64,000 nt of DNA, taken from positions 32,001 through 96,000 of the forward strand of contig JBKAGE010000076.1 of the NCBI GenBank assembly GCA_046290225.1, written 5' to 3'. The notes under the pieces are model-generated. The model saw only the letters and a program-made list of their open reading frames with translations. It searched no databases and had not been told where the DNA came from. Shown here one piece after another: positions 45,918-55,126 of this stretch. The stretch's first letter is position 1. The number at the start of each line of letters is the position of its first letter. This DNA comes from Bradymonadia bacterium. Its GTDB lineage: Bacteria; Myxococcota_A; Bradymonadia; UBA7976; UBA1532. The translations under genes were made by a program, and so were the position numbers.

Positions 45918-48041
45918 ATGCGCTCGCACATCGCCCTGCTCGCCCTGTTGTTGCTCCCCGCCTGTGAGACCACGGGCCCCGAGGCCACCTCTGGCCCCGC
46001 CGTCGAAGGTCGAGCCTCGGCCATCGTCGGCGGCCGCGCCGAGGGCGGATGGTCCGGCGTGGGCGCGCTGACCTACGACTCCCGGAACACCGGCTACACC
46101 GGTTCGTTCTGTACCGGGGCCCTCATCGATCGCCGCTGGGTGCTCACCGCCGCCCACTGCATCCGAGGCCTACAGGATGACGGCCGTCAGGTGACGCCGG
46201 CGAACGTCTACTTCTACATGGGCCCCGACGCCCGCCCTACGTTCCGGGGGCCGCCGAACAACGGTACGTTCTACCCTGTGCAGGAGATCCACCTGCACCC
46301 GGGCTACAACGACGACGATTACGTGGCCCTCTACGACATCGCCCTCTTGGAGCTGTCGCAAAACGCCAGCGAGGCGGTCTACCCATACTTCGAGGGTGAT
46401 CTGGCCCCCTACGTGGGCGACGACTTGTTCTATGTGGGCTACGGCGTGTCCGACGGCGTGAGCCAGGAAGGCGGCGGGGTCAAGCGATCCACCTTCCTCA
46501 CGCTGAGCAGCGTGTCCTCTGGGGCCTTCGTCACCGATCACGGCAACTCCGGGGTGTGTCAGGGCGACTCTGGCGGCCCGGCCTTTCTGCAGGTCGACGG
46601 CCGCTATCACATCATCGGGGTGAACAACAGCGTGGCAGGCTCACCGGCCTGTCTGGGTGTCTCGGTGCAGATCCAGACCGCCACCTACGCCCACTGGATC
46701 CAACGCACGATGGGCGCCGTGGGGGCCTGCGGAGCCAACACCTGCAGCTGCCCCGAAGCCTGCGTCGATGGCGCCTGCGACGAGCTGCGGTGCAACGCCG
46801 ACGCCTGCGGCTCGATCTTCAACTGCTTCAACAGCTGTCAGGGCGATGGCTGCGAGTTCGGCTGCTATGCCGAAGGATCCCCCGAGGGCCGTGCCACCTT
46901 CGACACCGCCATCCAGTGCATGACCAACAACTGCGCCAACGCCGCGGACTACCAGGCCTGCGTACAGCAGCGCTGTGGCGAGGAGATCGACGCCTGCTTC
47001 GACGCTGGCCCCCCACCCCCACCCGGCGACGGGGATTGCGAGACGCTGCTCAACTGCGCCAACAGCTGCGGCAACGCCGAGTGCCAGCAGCAGTGCTACG
47101 CCAACGGCTCTGCCCAGGCTCGAGAAGACTACGAGACGCTGATCAACTGCGTCTTCGAGCGCTGCGAGGGTCTGGAGGGCGACGCGTTCAATGACTGCGC
47201 CTACGACCGCTGCGGCAACCTCTGGGCGACGTGTATCCCCGGCGACGAGTGTGCGGTGACAGGTGGCGACTGCGGCGCCGGCGCAGCCTGCCTGCCCGGC
47301 CCCTGGCCGGCGACTTACTGCGAGCCCTCGAACGACCGGGAGGCGGGCCAGCTGTGCAACCCCCAGGTGGTGGACTGCGCCGACGGCCTCATCTGCGCGG
47401 ATCAAGGCTTTGGCACCCGCTGCGAGACGATTTGTACCGACGCCGCCCAATGTGAGGGCACCGGAGCGGAGTGCCGCCTGTTCGGGAACACCTCGGTCAC
47501 CATGGGGGTGTGCAGCTGCGAGGACGCTGATCGAGACGGCGCCTGCGACACTGTGGATTGCGACGACAACAGCGCCCGCCGCCGCCCCGGTGCCGTAGAA
47601 ACCTGCGACGACATCGACAACGACTGCGACGACGCGGTCGACGAGATGTGCGGGGAGTGCGAGCCCGAGGAGGAGGTCTGCGACGACGTCGACAATGACT
47701 GTGACGGTCAGGTGGACGAGGGCTGCAATGCTGGCGGTGCCGGCGGTGGTATGGGCGGCGCTGGCGGCGCCCCCGCGGGTGGCGCTGGTGGTGAGCCTGC
47801 AGGGGGTGCCGGTGGCGCCCCTGTTGCCGGTGCCGGCGGTGAAGCGGGCGCAGGCGGTCTCGCCCCTGGTGGCGCCGGTGGATCAGGTGGCGCTCAGCCC
47901 CCTCCGACGGTGAACCGCGTCAGCAGCGGCGGTGACGGCGGCGGATGCGACACCACGGGGGGTGGCGCTTTGAGTGTGTGGTGGCTGTTGATGCTGGCCC
48001 CCCTCGTGCGCCGCCGCCGTGGTGATGTGATCGCTGGATGA
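45918..48041 (+). CDS. Trypsin-like (S1) serine protease, lipoprotein, with Cys-rich repeats and MYXO-CTERM-like tail
   Basis: LPAC lipobox; IVGG, LTAAHC, DIALLEL, GDSGGP; DCDD..PGA.E.CD.IDNDCD motifs; GGC..WWLLMLAPLVRRRR. Confidence 0.92.
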   Translation: MRSHIALLALLLLPACETTGPEATSGPAVEGRASAIVGGRAEGGWSGVGALTYDSRNTGYTGSFCTGALIDRRWVLTAAHCIRGLQDDGRQVTPANVYFYMGPDARPTFRGPPNNGTFYPVQEIHLHPGYNDDDYVALYDIALLELSQNASEAVYPYFEGDLAPYVGDDLFYVGYGVSDGVSQEGGGVKRSTFLTLSSVSSGAFVTDHGNSGVCQGDSGGPAFLQVDGRYHIIGVNNSVAGSPACLGVSVQIQTATYAHWIQRTMGAVGACGANTCSCPEACVDGACDELRCNADACGSIFNCFNSCQGDGCEFGCYAEGSPEGRATFDTAIQCMTNNCANAADYQACVQQRCGEEIDACFDAGPPPPPGDGDCETLLNCANSCGNAECQQQCYANGSAQAREDYETLINCVFERCEGLEGDAFNDCAYDRCGNLWATCIPGDECAVTGGDCGAGAACLPGPWPATYCEPSNDREAGQLCNPQVVDCADGLICADQGFGTRCETICTDAAQCEGTGAECRLFGNTSVTMGVCSCEDADRDGACDTVDCDDNSARRRPGAVETCDDIDNDCDDAVDEMCGECEPEEEVCDDVDNDCDGQVDEGCNAGGAGGGMGGAGGAPAGGAGGEPAGGAGGAPVAGAGGEAGAGGLAPGGAGGSGGAQPPPTVNRVSSGGDGGGCDTTGGGALSVWWLLMLAPLVRRRRGDVIAG

Positions 48042-48093
48042 TCGGCCCATCATGTGCATAAAAGGGCCCCATCGAATCCATCGGAGCCCTTCA

Positions 48094-50034
48094 GTGCGTC
48101 TTCTAACCCCTCTCCTGCTCACGCTGATCTGCGCGTGTGATCCCGGCCCCTCCAGCGATACGCCGAGCCCGGCCACTGGCCAGAGCCAGCAGAGCATCGT
48201 CAACGGCGAGCGAGAGGCCGGGTGGGCCAGCGTCGGCGCCCTCACCCTCGACAGCCCGCTCACGGGCTACGTGGGCTCGTTCTGTACCGGCACCCTCATC
48301 GACGAGCGCTGGGTGCTCACCGCCGCTCACTGCCTCGCCAACGACGAGCTGGGGCGCCCCCTGGAGCCTGAAGAGGTCTTCTTCTACATCGGTGAAGACG
48401 CACGCCCCACCATCAACGGGCGCCCTGAAGGCAGGTTCCTACCCGTACGGCGCATCTACAACCACCAGGGCTTCACCGAAGATGATCTGATCGCCGTCTA
48501 CGACATCGCGCTGCTCGAGCTCGCCGAGCCCGCCGACGGCCTCGAGCCCATCCCCTTCAACACCGATGATCTCGGGCCGTATGTGGGGCAATCTGTACTC
48601 TACGTGGGCTTTGGCGTCTCAGATCCGGAGACCCTCGAGGGCGGCGGCGTGAAGCGGTCGACCAACCTGCTCATGTCGGGCGCATATGAAGGCGCTTACA
48701 CCACGGTGCACCAGGGCAGCGGGGTCTGCTTCGGTGACTCTGGCGGCCCGGGGCTGATGCAGATCGACGGCGAGTGGCGGGTCATCGGGGTGAACAACAG
48801 CGTGAGTGGTGAGCCCCTGTGTTTGTCGGGCTCAGTGCAGATCCGGTCGGACAGCTACACGCACTGGATCAGGCACACCATGGGCCTGGTGCCCGACTGC
48901 GGCCCCGACACCTGCGGCTGTGACGTTGCTTGCCTACCCGACGGCACCTGTGACGAGCAGCGCTGCATCGAGGGCCTCACCTGCATCGACATGTTCTTCT
49001 GCCTCGCCGAGTGTGTGGAGAGCGACTGCCTGACCCGATGCTACCTCGAGGGCCCCCTCGGCGCCCGGGCGGCCTTCGACGCCACCCTGGTGTGCATCGT
49101 GGAAGAGTGCAACGGCGAGTGGATCGAGTCGCCCTGCGCCCAGGCGCAGTGTGCTGAAGAACTCGCGCTGTGCGAAGACGATGATCCTGAGCCGCCGCCT
49201 CCACCCCCGCCGCCTCCGCCCGTCGATTTGACCTGTGACGAGGTCCGGCAATGCATCGACAACTGCGGCGACGTGACCTGCCAACGGGCCTGCTTCGAGG
49301 ACGGCACGGACATCGCCCAGAGCCAGTACGGCGATCTGATGGTGTGCATCGAAGAGCGCTGTGGCGCGCTGAGCGGTCAGGTGCCGGCGTTCAACGCGTG
49401 CGCCTACACCGAGTGCGCTGAAGCCTGGGTGCTCTGTGTACCCCCGGACGCATGTGAGATCACCGGCGGCAGCTGTCCGCCGGAGACGGCCTGTGTCGCC
49501 GCCGACTGGCCTGCGACGTACTGTGAGCCTTCCGAGGGCCTGGTTCGCACCCGGCAATGTGATCCCGGGCTGGTGCAATGCGCTGATGGGCTGTCCTGCT
49601 TCGATCTCGGCGACGGCGACCGCTGCCACCCCACCTGCCTCGATGACGTCGACTGCGCTGAGGACGAGGTGTGCCGCCCTCTGGAAGAGGCCTCCATCGA
49701 GATGGGGGTGTGCGGCTGCCGCGACGACGACGGGGATGGGGTCTGCGCGGTGGATGACTGTAACGATGCTGATCCGCTTCGGAACCCCGAGGTCACCGAG
49801 CGCTGTGGTGACGGTGTGGACAACAACTGCAACGGCCTCGTGGACGAGGGCTGTGAGATGCAGCAGCCGGATGCGGATGGCGGCCTGGGCGGAGACCCTC
49901 CGACTTCGCCACAGCCCCTGACGACTGCGCTCCGAGGGCCTAGCGGTCGCGGTGGCTGCAGTCAGAGTGGCGGCATGGGTTATGGGTGGTGGGTGATTCT
50001 GCTCGTCGGTTGGGTGCGTCGCCGCAGAGTTTGA
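48094..50034 (+). CDS. Second tandem S1 serine protease paralog with Cys-rich repeats and MYXO-CTERM-like tail
   Basis: GGAG plus GTG; ICAC lipobox; IVNG, LTAAHC, DIALLEL, GDSGGP; DGVDNNCNGLVDEGC; GGCS..WWVILLVGWVRRRRV. Confidence 0.92.
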   Translation: MRLLTPLLLTLICACDPGPSSDTPSPATGQSQQSIVNGEREAGWASVGALTLDSPLTGYVGSFCTGTLIDERWVLTAAHCLANDELGRPLEPEEVFFYIGEDARPTINGRPEGRFLPVRRIYNHQGFTEDDLIAVYDIALLELAEPADGLEPIPFNTDDLGPYVGQSVLYVGFGVSDPETLEGGGVKRSTNLLMSGAYEGAYTTVHQGSGVCFGDSGGPGLMQIDGEWRVIGVNNSVSGEPLCLSGSVQIRSDSYTHWIRHTMGLVPDCGPDTCGCDVACLPDGTCDEQRCIEGLTCIDMFFCLAECVESDCLTRCYLEGPLGARAAFDATLVCIVEECNGEWIESPCAQAQCAEELALCEDDDPEPPPPPPPPPPVDLTCDEVRQCIDNCGDVTCQRACFEDGTDIAQSQYGDLMVCIEERCGALSGQVPAFNACAYTECAEAWVLCVPPDACEITGGSCPPETACVAADWPATYCEPSEGLVRTRQCDPGLVQCADGLSCFDLGDGDRCHPTCLDDVDCAEDEVCRPLEEASIEMGVCGCRDDDGDGVCAVDDCNDADPLRNPEVTERCGDGVDNNCNGLVDEGCEMQQPDADGGLGGDPPTSPQPLTTALRGPSGRGGCSQSGGMGYGWWVILLVGWVRRRRV

Positions 50035-50076
50035 GCGTCGGGCTGCTCAGCCTTACTGGGGCGATGACGAAGGCCA

Positions 50077-50574
50077 GGGCTGGGGCCTTTGTAGGCAGTC
50101 GTCGCTTCGCTCCGCCTGCGTAGGCAGCTTTATCGGCCGGCCTGCGGCCCGCCTTGGAGCTGCGTACACGTCGGCACACTCGCTGGCGCGAGCAGGCCTC
50201 CGGGTAGGCAGGGTCGCTCAAGGCTTCGCCTTATTCGCTCGCTCCCCTGCGTAAAGAGTCAGTTCTGGTGTGGCTTTGAGGGCACCCCCAATGCTGTTGG
50301 GGCTTTCGCCGAGCGTTGGGACTCAGGAGCTTGCAGGTTCGCGGTAGGTCGAATCCCGGCGGGGCTCAGCAACAAGATACAGAAGAAACTCTTTACGCAG
50401 GGGAGCGAGCAATCAATGCGCTAGCATTGAGCGACCCTGCCTACCCGGGAAGGTGCCTGCGTCAGCAGGTGCCTGAACGTGTACGCGCCAGACGAGGTTG
50501 CCCGAAGGGCGACCGAAGGCCCGGCGCCTACGCAGGCGGAGCGAAGCGACGACTGCCTACAAAGGCCCCAGCCC
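50077..50574. repeat. Inverted pair of ~185-bp REP/BIME-like units
   Basis: Perfect inverted blocks: 50077-50125/50526-50574 (49 bp), 50200-50221/50427-50448 (22 bp), 50237-50259/50388-50410 (23 bp); ~128-bp spacer. Confidence 0.9.
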
Positions 50575-50662
50575 CGACCTCCGATATCGCAACTTACACC
50601 TCTTGATTGCGTCACCCTCGCTCAAATACCCTCAGTATGTAAAAAACTGAGAGTACGCCCCC

Positions 50663-52807
50663 ATGCCCACTCATTTCACCGCGTGCCCCTTGTGCGAGGC
50701 CGGATGTGGCCTCGCAATCGAGACAGTCGACGGCGTGCCCACACAGGTCAGGCCCGATCACGACGATCCCTTCTCGCAAGGCTATGTCTGCCCCAAGGGC
50801 ATGGCGCTCCTGAGCCTCGACCAGGATCCAGATCGCCTCACCGGCCCAGTCAAAAAACAGCCTGATGGTAGCTTCGAGCCCATCAGCTGGGCCGAGGCCT
50901 ATGACGAGGTCGGCGAGAAGCTCACCGCAGTGCAGAAAGCCCATGGGCGAGACGCTGTGGCCCTCTACATGGGCACCGTCGCAGTGCACAAGTACAGCAC
51001 CGTGCTGATGCGCAACGCCTTGCTCAAAGCCCTCGGCACCCGGAACTCCACCAGCGCCGGCTCCCAGGACACCAGCACCCGATTCACAGCCTCGTACTTC
51101 TTGTATGGCAGCTGCCTCGCAGTGCCCGTACCCGACATCGATCGCACCGACTTTCTGCTGTGCCTCGGGGGCAACCCCGTCGTGTCCAACGGCAGCATGA
51201 TGACCGCCCCCAACGTCAAACAGCGGCTCAAGGGCATCCGCGAGCGGGGCGGGCAGATCGTCGTCGTCGATCCGCGGCGGAGCGAGACCGCGCGAATCGC
51301 CGACGAGCACATCTTCATTCGGCCGGGCACTGACGCTGCGCTGGTCTTGTCCATGGTGCACGTGCTCGACGCCGCGGGACGCATTCAGCGCGATCAGCTC
51401 GACGCCATCTCACGTGGGTTCGACGACGTACAATCGTTGCTGGCCCCATTCACGCCAGAAGCCGTCGCCTCCTTCACTGGCGTGCCTGCGGAGACCATCA
51501 CCCGGCTCGCCCACGCCTTCGCCGACGCACCCACAGCGGTCATTTATGGTCGAATGGGTCCCGCCAACGCCCGCCATGGCACCCTCACCAGCTTCGCCAT
51601 CGATCTGCTCAACATCGTCACTGGCAGGCTCGGCGCCGTGGGTGGATCGATGTTCCCCACCCCAGCAGTCGACGCCAGCCGCCTCGCCCGGCAGATCGGT
51701 GCCGACGGATACGACCGCTTCCGCAGCCGGGTGCGCGGCTTGCCCGAGATCTTGCTCGACCTGCCCGCCACCACCCTCGCTGAAGAGATGGAGACCCACG
51801 GTGAGGGGCAGGTGAAGGCCTTCGTGACCTGCGCCGGCAACCCCGTGCTCAGCGTGCCCAACGGCCGGCGACTCGACCGGGCCCTCGAAGGCCTCGACTT
51901 CATGGTGTCCATCGACATCTACATCAACGAGACCACTCGGCACGCCGACATCATCCTGCCGCCGTGCTCCAGCCTCGCCGAAGATCACCTCGGGCTCTTC
52001 TTCGCCAACATGAACGTGCGGAACAACGCCCGCTGGGCCACGGCCATGATCGAGGCAGAGGGCCCCGCAGATTGGGAGATCATGTTGGAGATCGCCCGGC
52101 GGCTCGGTGGCGGCCCCACGGGCATGAAGCCCGTGGATCTGCTCACGCGCCTGCTGCGCCTCGAGATCACCCCTGCCACCATCGCCGATCTGTCGATGCG
52201 CATCGGGCCGTACGGCGATAAATTCATGCCTTGGAGCAAGGGGCTGTCGCGCAAGAAACTGCAGCGCGAGACCCACGGTGTCGATCTGGGACCGCTGAAG
52301 CCTGGGATCAAGCACCGCCTGTATCATCGCGGCGGCAAAGTGAAGCTGTCGCACCCACAGCTGACAGAAGCGATGCACGCCCTCGCCAGAGAGTTAGGTG
52401 AAGTCGACCACGAAGGCTTGCTGCTCATCGGTCGCCGGGAGCTGCGCTCCAACAACTCGTGGATGCACAACCTGCCGAGCCTCGTCTCGGGCAAGGCCCG
52501 GTGTCTGCTCTACGTACACCCTGACGACGCCGCCGCCCGGGGTTTGAATGACGGCGACACGGCGTGTATGGAGAGCGCGGTGCACCGCGGCGAGCTCACG
52601 GTGCACGTCACCGACGAGGTCTGCCCCGGCGTCGTGAGCCTACCCCACGGGTATGGTCATGGTCGCGCCAGGGCAACGCTGTCGGTGGCCGGGGCCCACG
52701 CCGGGGTCTCGGCGAACGATTGGACCGATGATCAGACCGTGGAGACCATCGTGGGGCAGTCCATCCTCAACGGGGTCCCGGTAGAGCTGTCGGCGGTGGA
52801 GGGCTGA
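50663..52807 (+). CDS. Molybdopterin-dependent oxidoreductase
   Basis: CPLCEAGCG..CPKG Fe-S motif, DPDRL, VVVDPRRSETA, IRPGTD, DIYINETTRHAD.ILP, RSNNSWMHN, PGVVSLPHG. Confidence 0.93.
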   Translation: MPTHFTACPLCEAGCGLAIETVDGVPTQVRPDHDDPFSQGYVCPKGMALLSLDQDPDRLTGPVKKQPDGSFEPISWAEAYDEVGEKLTAVQKAHGRDAVALYMGTVAVHKYSTVLMRNALLKALGTRNSTSAGSQDTSTRFTASYFLYGSCLAVPVPDIDRTDFLLCLGGNPVVSNGSMMTAPNVKQRLKGIRERGGQIVVVDPRRSETARIADEHIFIRPGTDAALVLSMVHVLDAAGRIQRDQLDAISRGFDDVQSLLAPFTPEAVASFTGVPAETITRLAHAFADAPTAVIYGRMGPANARHGTLTSFAIDLLNIVTGRLGAVGGSMFPTPAVDASRLARQIGADGYDRFRSRVRGLPEILLDLPATTLAEEMETHGEGQVKAFVTCAGNPVLSVPNGRRLDRALEGLDFMVSIDIYINETTRHADIILPPCSSLAEDHLGLFFANMNVRNNARWATAMIEAEGPADWEIMLEIARRLGGGPTGMKPVDLLTRLLRLEITPATIADLSMRIGPYGDKFMPWSKGLSRKKLQRETHGVDLGPLKPGIKHRLYHRGGKVKLSHPQLTEAMHALARELGEVDHEGLLLIGRRELRSNNSWMHNLPSLVSGKARCLLYVHPDDAAARGLNDGDTACMESAVHRGELTVHVTDEVCPGVVSLPHGYGHGRARATLSVAGAHAGVSANDWTDDQTVETIVGQSILNGVPVELSAVEG

Positions 52808-52808
52808 G

Positions 52809-53402
52809 TTGGCCACGAAGAAGCGCCTGCGCGATCAACACGCCGAGGCCACCCGAGAGGCGGTGCTCGCCAGCGCCAGAGACGCCTTCACCGAGGGCGG
52901 CTACGTCAAGACCTCCCTCGACGTAATCGCCGCCCGAGCGGGGGTGACCAAGGGGGCCATCTATCACCACTTTCGCAATAAAGTAGAGGTCTTCGAGGCA
53001 GTCTACACCGCCATCGCCGGCGAGCTCGCCCAGGCCCTGCGGGCCCACATCGCCCCTTTGGAAACCCCAGCGGAGCGTTTTCAGGCGGCGATGGATCTGA
53101 TGATCGAGCACGCCGACGACCCGGCCTGCAGAGTGATTTTGTTCCGCGACGGCCCCGTGGCGCTCTCCGATCGTTATCGCGCCATCGACGACCGCCACTT
53201 TCTCGGCCTGCTCAAAGAGGAATTGTCGGCATTGCAGGCACAGGGTGCCCTCGAAGACACCAACATTCAGGTGCTCGGGCCGATGCTGCTCAGCGCCATG
53301 ATCGAAGGGGCCACCCTACTGGGCAAAGCAGAGGATCTGGCTCAGGCTCGGCGAGATGTGCGTGAGGCTTTGAGGCGTTTGCTTGTCGGTGTGGTGGGCT
53401 GA
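52809..53402 (+). CDS. TetR/AcrR family transcriptional regulator
   Basis: TREAVLASA...F...GY..TS...IA.RAGVTKGAIYHHFRNK. Confidence 0.93.
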   Translation: MATKKRLRDQHAEATREAVLASARDAFTEGGYVKTSLDVIAARAGVTKGAIYHHFRNKVEVFEAVYTAIAGELAQALRAHIAPLETPAERFQAAMDLMIEHADDPACRVILFRDGPVALSDRYRAIDDRHFLGLLKEELSALQAQGALEDTNIQVLGPMLLSAMIEGATLLGKAEDLAQARRDVREALRRLLVGVVG

Positions 53403-53409
53403 AGGCAGT

Positions 53410-54939
53410 TCAGCTGCGCAGCTCGCGCTTGAGGATCTTCCCTGTGGGGCCCTTGGGCAGAGCGTCGAGGAATTCGACGATGCGGGGGTACTTGTACGCC
53501 GCCAGGTGCTCTTTGCAGTACGCGATGATGTCTTCGGCGCTCGCGGCCTGATCGGCTTTGAGGGCCAGCACCGCCTTCACCTCTTCGCCGTGGCTCTCGT
53601 GGGCCACACCGATGACCGCCGCCTCGGCGACAGCAGGGTGACCGTAGAGCACCTCTTCGATCTCTCGGGGATACACGTTGAAGCCACCGCGGATGATCAT
53701 GTCCTTCTTGCGGTCGACGATGAAGTAGTAGCCGTCGTCGTCGCGGATCGCGATGTCGCCGGTGTGGAACCAGCCATCCACGATGGTGGTGGCGTTCACC
53801 TCGGGGCGCTTGTAGTACCCCTTCATCACGTTGTGACCCTTGATGCAGATCTCACCGGGGGTGTCCGAGTCGGTGATGACATTGCCCTCGGCGTCTTCCA
53901 GCCGGAACTCCACGCCCCAGAGCGGCAGGCCCACACTGCCGGCCTTCTTGGGACGATCGAGCACGTTGAAGCTGGCCACGGGGCTGGTCTCAGAGAGGCC
54001 GTAGCCCTCGAGGATGTTCACCCCGTACTTCTCGTCGAAGGCCTTCATCACCTCCACGGGCATCGCTGAGCCGCCGGAGACACAGAACTCGAGGCTGCCG
54101 AGATCGTAGTTGCTCGCCTCGGGGTGGTGCAGCAGAGCGAAGTACATCGTGGGCACGCCGCCGAAGAGGTTCACCTTGTGGCCCTGGATCAAGCCCATGG
54201 CTTGGGTGGGATCGAACCGGGGCAGCATCACCACCGTGCCGCCAGCCATGAGCACGGCGTTGTGCATCACCGTCTGGCCAAAGCTGTGGAACAGCGGCAG
54301 CGTGGCCAGGGCCGTGGCGTTGTCACCGAGGCCCAGCAGGCGATCTTTCACGTACTGGGCGTTGTAGAACATGTTGAAGTGGGTGAGCTCTGCACCCTTG
54401 GGCCGACCGGTGGTGCCCGAGGTGTACAAAATCACCGCAGTGTCGTCGGGCATGGTGGCGGGCAGATCGGTCACCGGATCGCTGCCGCCGATGAGGGCGG
54501 TCATGCTCACCGCGCCTTCTGGGGCGGTGACGTCGGTGGGGTTGGCCTTGGCCACGATCAGATGCTTGCAGGTCTCCACCCGCTCGAAGGCCGCCTGGGC
54601 CTGCTCGAAGAAGCCTTCCCAGACCACCAGAGCCACAGCGTCGGCGTCCTCGAGGTGGTAGGCGATCTCGTCTGCGGTGAGCAGCACGTTGAGAGGGATG
54701 ATCGGGTTCCCGTGATGGTGGGATCCGAAGTACGCCAGGGTGAAGTGAGGCACATTGGGCAGCATGAGGGCCACGTGCTGACCAGCCTTGATCCCCAAGC
54801 CCTCGAGCCCGCCGGCAAATCGCTGAACGTAACCGTATACCTGGGCATAGCTCAGGCTGGCTTCGCCGAGGACGATGGCGGGCTTCTCGGGGTGGGCGCG
54901 GGCGCTCTCGCGCAGGATCATGGCCAGGTTCAGACTCAT
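53410..54939 (-). CDS. Long-chain fatty acid-CoA ligase
   Basis: YTSGTTGRPKG, LPLFHSFG, EGYGLSETSP, GWFHTGD, DRKKDMIIRGGFNVYPREIEE, PKGPTGKILK. Confidence 0.95.
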   Translation of the reverse strand: MSLNLAMILRESARAHPEKPAIVLGEASLSYAQVYGYVQRFAGGLEGLGIKAGQHVALMLPNVPHFTLAYFGSHHHGNPIIPLNVLLTADEIAYHLEDADAVALVVWEGFFEQAQAAFERVETCKHLIVAKANPTDVTAPEGAVSMTALIGGSDPVTDLPATMPDDTAVILYTSGTTGRPKGAELTHFNMFYNAQYVKDRLLGLGDNATALATLPLFHSFGQTVMHNAVLMAGGTVVMLPRFDPTQAMGLIQGHKVNLFGGVPTMYFALLHHPEASNYDLGSLEFCVSGGSAMPVEVMKAFDEKYGVNILEGYGLSETSPVASFNVLDRPKKAGSVGLPLWGVEFRLEDAEGNVITDSDTPGEICIKGHNVMKGYYKRPEVNATTIVDGWFHTGDIAIRDDDGYYFIVDRKKDMIIRGGFNVYPREIEEVLYGHPAVAEAAVIGVAHESHGEEVKAVLALKADQAASAEDIIAYCKEHLAAYKYPRIVEFLDALPKGPTGKILKRELRS

Positions 54940-55126
54940 GGCGTCTCCGGTGCTCTTGAGGTGAATGGAGGCGTCAGTGTGCCCGCTTCCCAGGGAGATG
55001 GCAGGGGTTTTCGTGGGCAAGGACACAAGATCACGGGTGTTTTGCGACTTAACTCAGCCCTTCTTCCCATCATCGCGAGGGGTTGTGTACCGTGGTGCTG
55101 CGTTGCACCATGAACGGAGCGGTGAT

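Noticed and set aside
47730..47895. GGAGG-type tandem repeats
   Set aside because: Low-complexity Gly/Ala protein linker, common in these surface proteins; not an independent DNA element.
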